Positions 62,922-64,000 of a stretch of 64,000 nucleotides of DNA are shown here, in pieces. Position 1 is the first letter of the stretch; each line of letters opens with the position of its first letter. The stretch covers positions 64,001 through 128,000 of the forward strand of contig CAVXEP010000013.1 in the NCBI GenBank assembly GCA_963760795.1. Direction: 5' to 3'. The position numbers were made by a program, and so were the translations under genes. Under the pieces are notes generated by a model, which saw nothing but the letters and a program-made list of their open reading frames with translations, was not told where the DNA came from and did no database searches. Source of the stretch: an uncultured delta proteobacterium (GTDB lineage Bacteria; Desulfobacterota; Binatia; UBA9968).

Positions 62922-63953
62922 TCAATCAAAGCCGAGGAGCTTGCCGATTTGGCGCGAAATTTTGTCCACCTTGTCGGCTTGGTCTTGTTTCATGTAAATG
63001 ACCTGCTTGCCCTGGACGAATTTGTAAGCCGCGGTTCCAGGCACATAAGCGGAAGTATGGCCGGTATACTTCAACCACGCCGGTTGAACTTCCGCGGAAG
63101 CCATAAAGGCCACCATAAGATGGCCCACGTTTGGGTGCGGCGCATTCTTTATCACTCCAACGTGATATTCGGGCGAGACCACCGGTGAAACCTTCTCGGC
63201 GAAAGCCAACGGCGCGCCGGATTCCTTGGCTTCGTGCAGCTGGCTGTCTTGCAGGGTCGCCGTCACCAGCACTTCGCCCAAAATCAATCGCTGGGCCATT
63301 TCTCCGGCTCGGGTTAGTAGCGGCTTTTGCGCGACCAGTTTCTTGATGAAATCGAGGGTTTTTTCGTCACCCCAGGCACCTGCGGCTAAACGGCCAAAGT
63401 GGTGCGTCGAGTTGATCACGCCGAGCTTGCCCTTCCATTTCGGATCGAGCAGATCTTCCCATTTTTGCGGCACATCCTTCGCGGCAACCAGCTTGGTGTT
63501 ATAGGTTGGCAGGGCGAACTGGTTGGCGACGGAAACAGTACCACTGTCATATTCGACTCGCTGCTTGTCGACGCCGAGGCTGGTGTAATCGAAGGTCTTG
63601 TGCAACTTTCGCAGCCACAGTGAGCCATGATGCGCATCCGTGACGACCATGATGTCCCATTCCGGCGGTTGTCCGGACGCCGACAGGCCGACGACCTTGG
63701 CAGTGTCCCGCGTCATGTTACCGGAAGGTGTAAAATTTACTTTGGTGTTTAATCCGTACTTTTTGTTGAAGGCGGAAACGATCGCTTGGGCACCCTCAGG
63801 ACCAAGGGTGGAAGGGCCGTAAAACTCGATCGTGCCTTCCTTTTTGGCGCCCGCGATCAAGTCTTCCAGTGGGCCAGCCTGCACAGGAGATGCCCACGGA
63901 AGCAGCGTCATAAACGCGATTAGCCCAACTCTTGGAATTAGATTTTTCTTCAT
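62922..63953 (-). CDS. ABC substrate-binding protein (Fe(III)/polyamine-SBP fold)
   Basis: Signal peptide, AKKEGTIEFY, YNTKLV, PQKWEDLLDPKWKGK, KNAPHPN; AGGAGG RBS. Confidence 0.9.
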   Translation of the reverse strand: MKKNLIPRVGLIAFMTLLPWASPVQAGPLEDLIAGAKKEGTIEFYGPSTLGPEGAQAIVSAFNKKYGLNTKVNFTPSGNMTRDTAKVVGLSASGQPPEWDIMVVTDAHHGSLWLRKLHKTFDYTSLGVDKQRVEYDSGTVSVANQFALPTYNTKLVAAKDVPQKWEDLLDPKWKGKLGVINSTHHFGRLAAGAWGDEKTLDFIKKLVAQKPLLTRAGEMAQRLILGEVLVTATLQDSQLHEAKESGAPLAFAEKVSPVVSPEYHVGVIKNAPHPNVGHLMVAFMASAEVQPAWLKYTGHTSAYVPGTAAYKFVQGKQVIYMKQDQADKVDKISRQIGKLLGFD

Positions 63954-64000
63954 CTCTAGAACCTCCTTTTAAAACTTTCCACGAAGCCGAGTCGATACCG

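Overview
GC-rich bacterial chromosomal segment with about 58 protein genes. I see no rRNA, tRNA, CRISPR array, prophage or intact transposase. The many stand-alone ABC/TTT solute-binding proteins and the intergenic tandem/inverted repeats suggest a deltaproteobacteria-like lineage such as Binatia; this is inference only. Left half (1-36 kb), accessory catabolism and transport: PhnD-like SBP, ppa, quinone oxidoreductase, an HExxH metallopeptidase + ATP-grasp ligase + membrane protein trio, a sigma54-driven stand-alone PaaA/BoxB-like diiron enzyme with a 63-aa partner, a UbiD decarboxylase behind SBP-less ABC genes, a divergent GntR / cyclic amidohydrolase / xanthine-dehydrogenase-family operon, an AtzG-like + amidase pair, a deaminase-type amidohydrolase, an M20 carbamoylase, pyrE, pyrR and a PgtC-like ABC system. 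Middle (36-51 kb), core genes: metH, SahR-like regulator, DTW protein, comF, gpmI, rsfS, nadD, proA, proB, obgE, rpmA, rplU. Right (51-64 kb): MarR + orphan permease, a LemA / three TPM proteins / atypical nucleotidyltransferase locus, an NDP-forming acyl-CoA ligase and an Fe(III)-type ABC system. Roughly two dozen single-base frameshifts in otherwise intact genes most likely reflect long-read consensus errors. The best candidates for undescribed biology are the LemA-TPM-NTase locus, the sigma54 diiron unit, the peptidase/ATP-grasp trio, the N-heterocycle catabolic island, a possible attenuator after pyrR, and the families of tandem-within-inverted intergenic repeats. All assignments come from reading motifs by eye; no database search was run.
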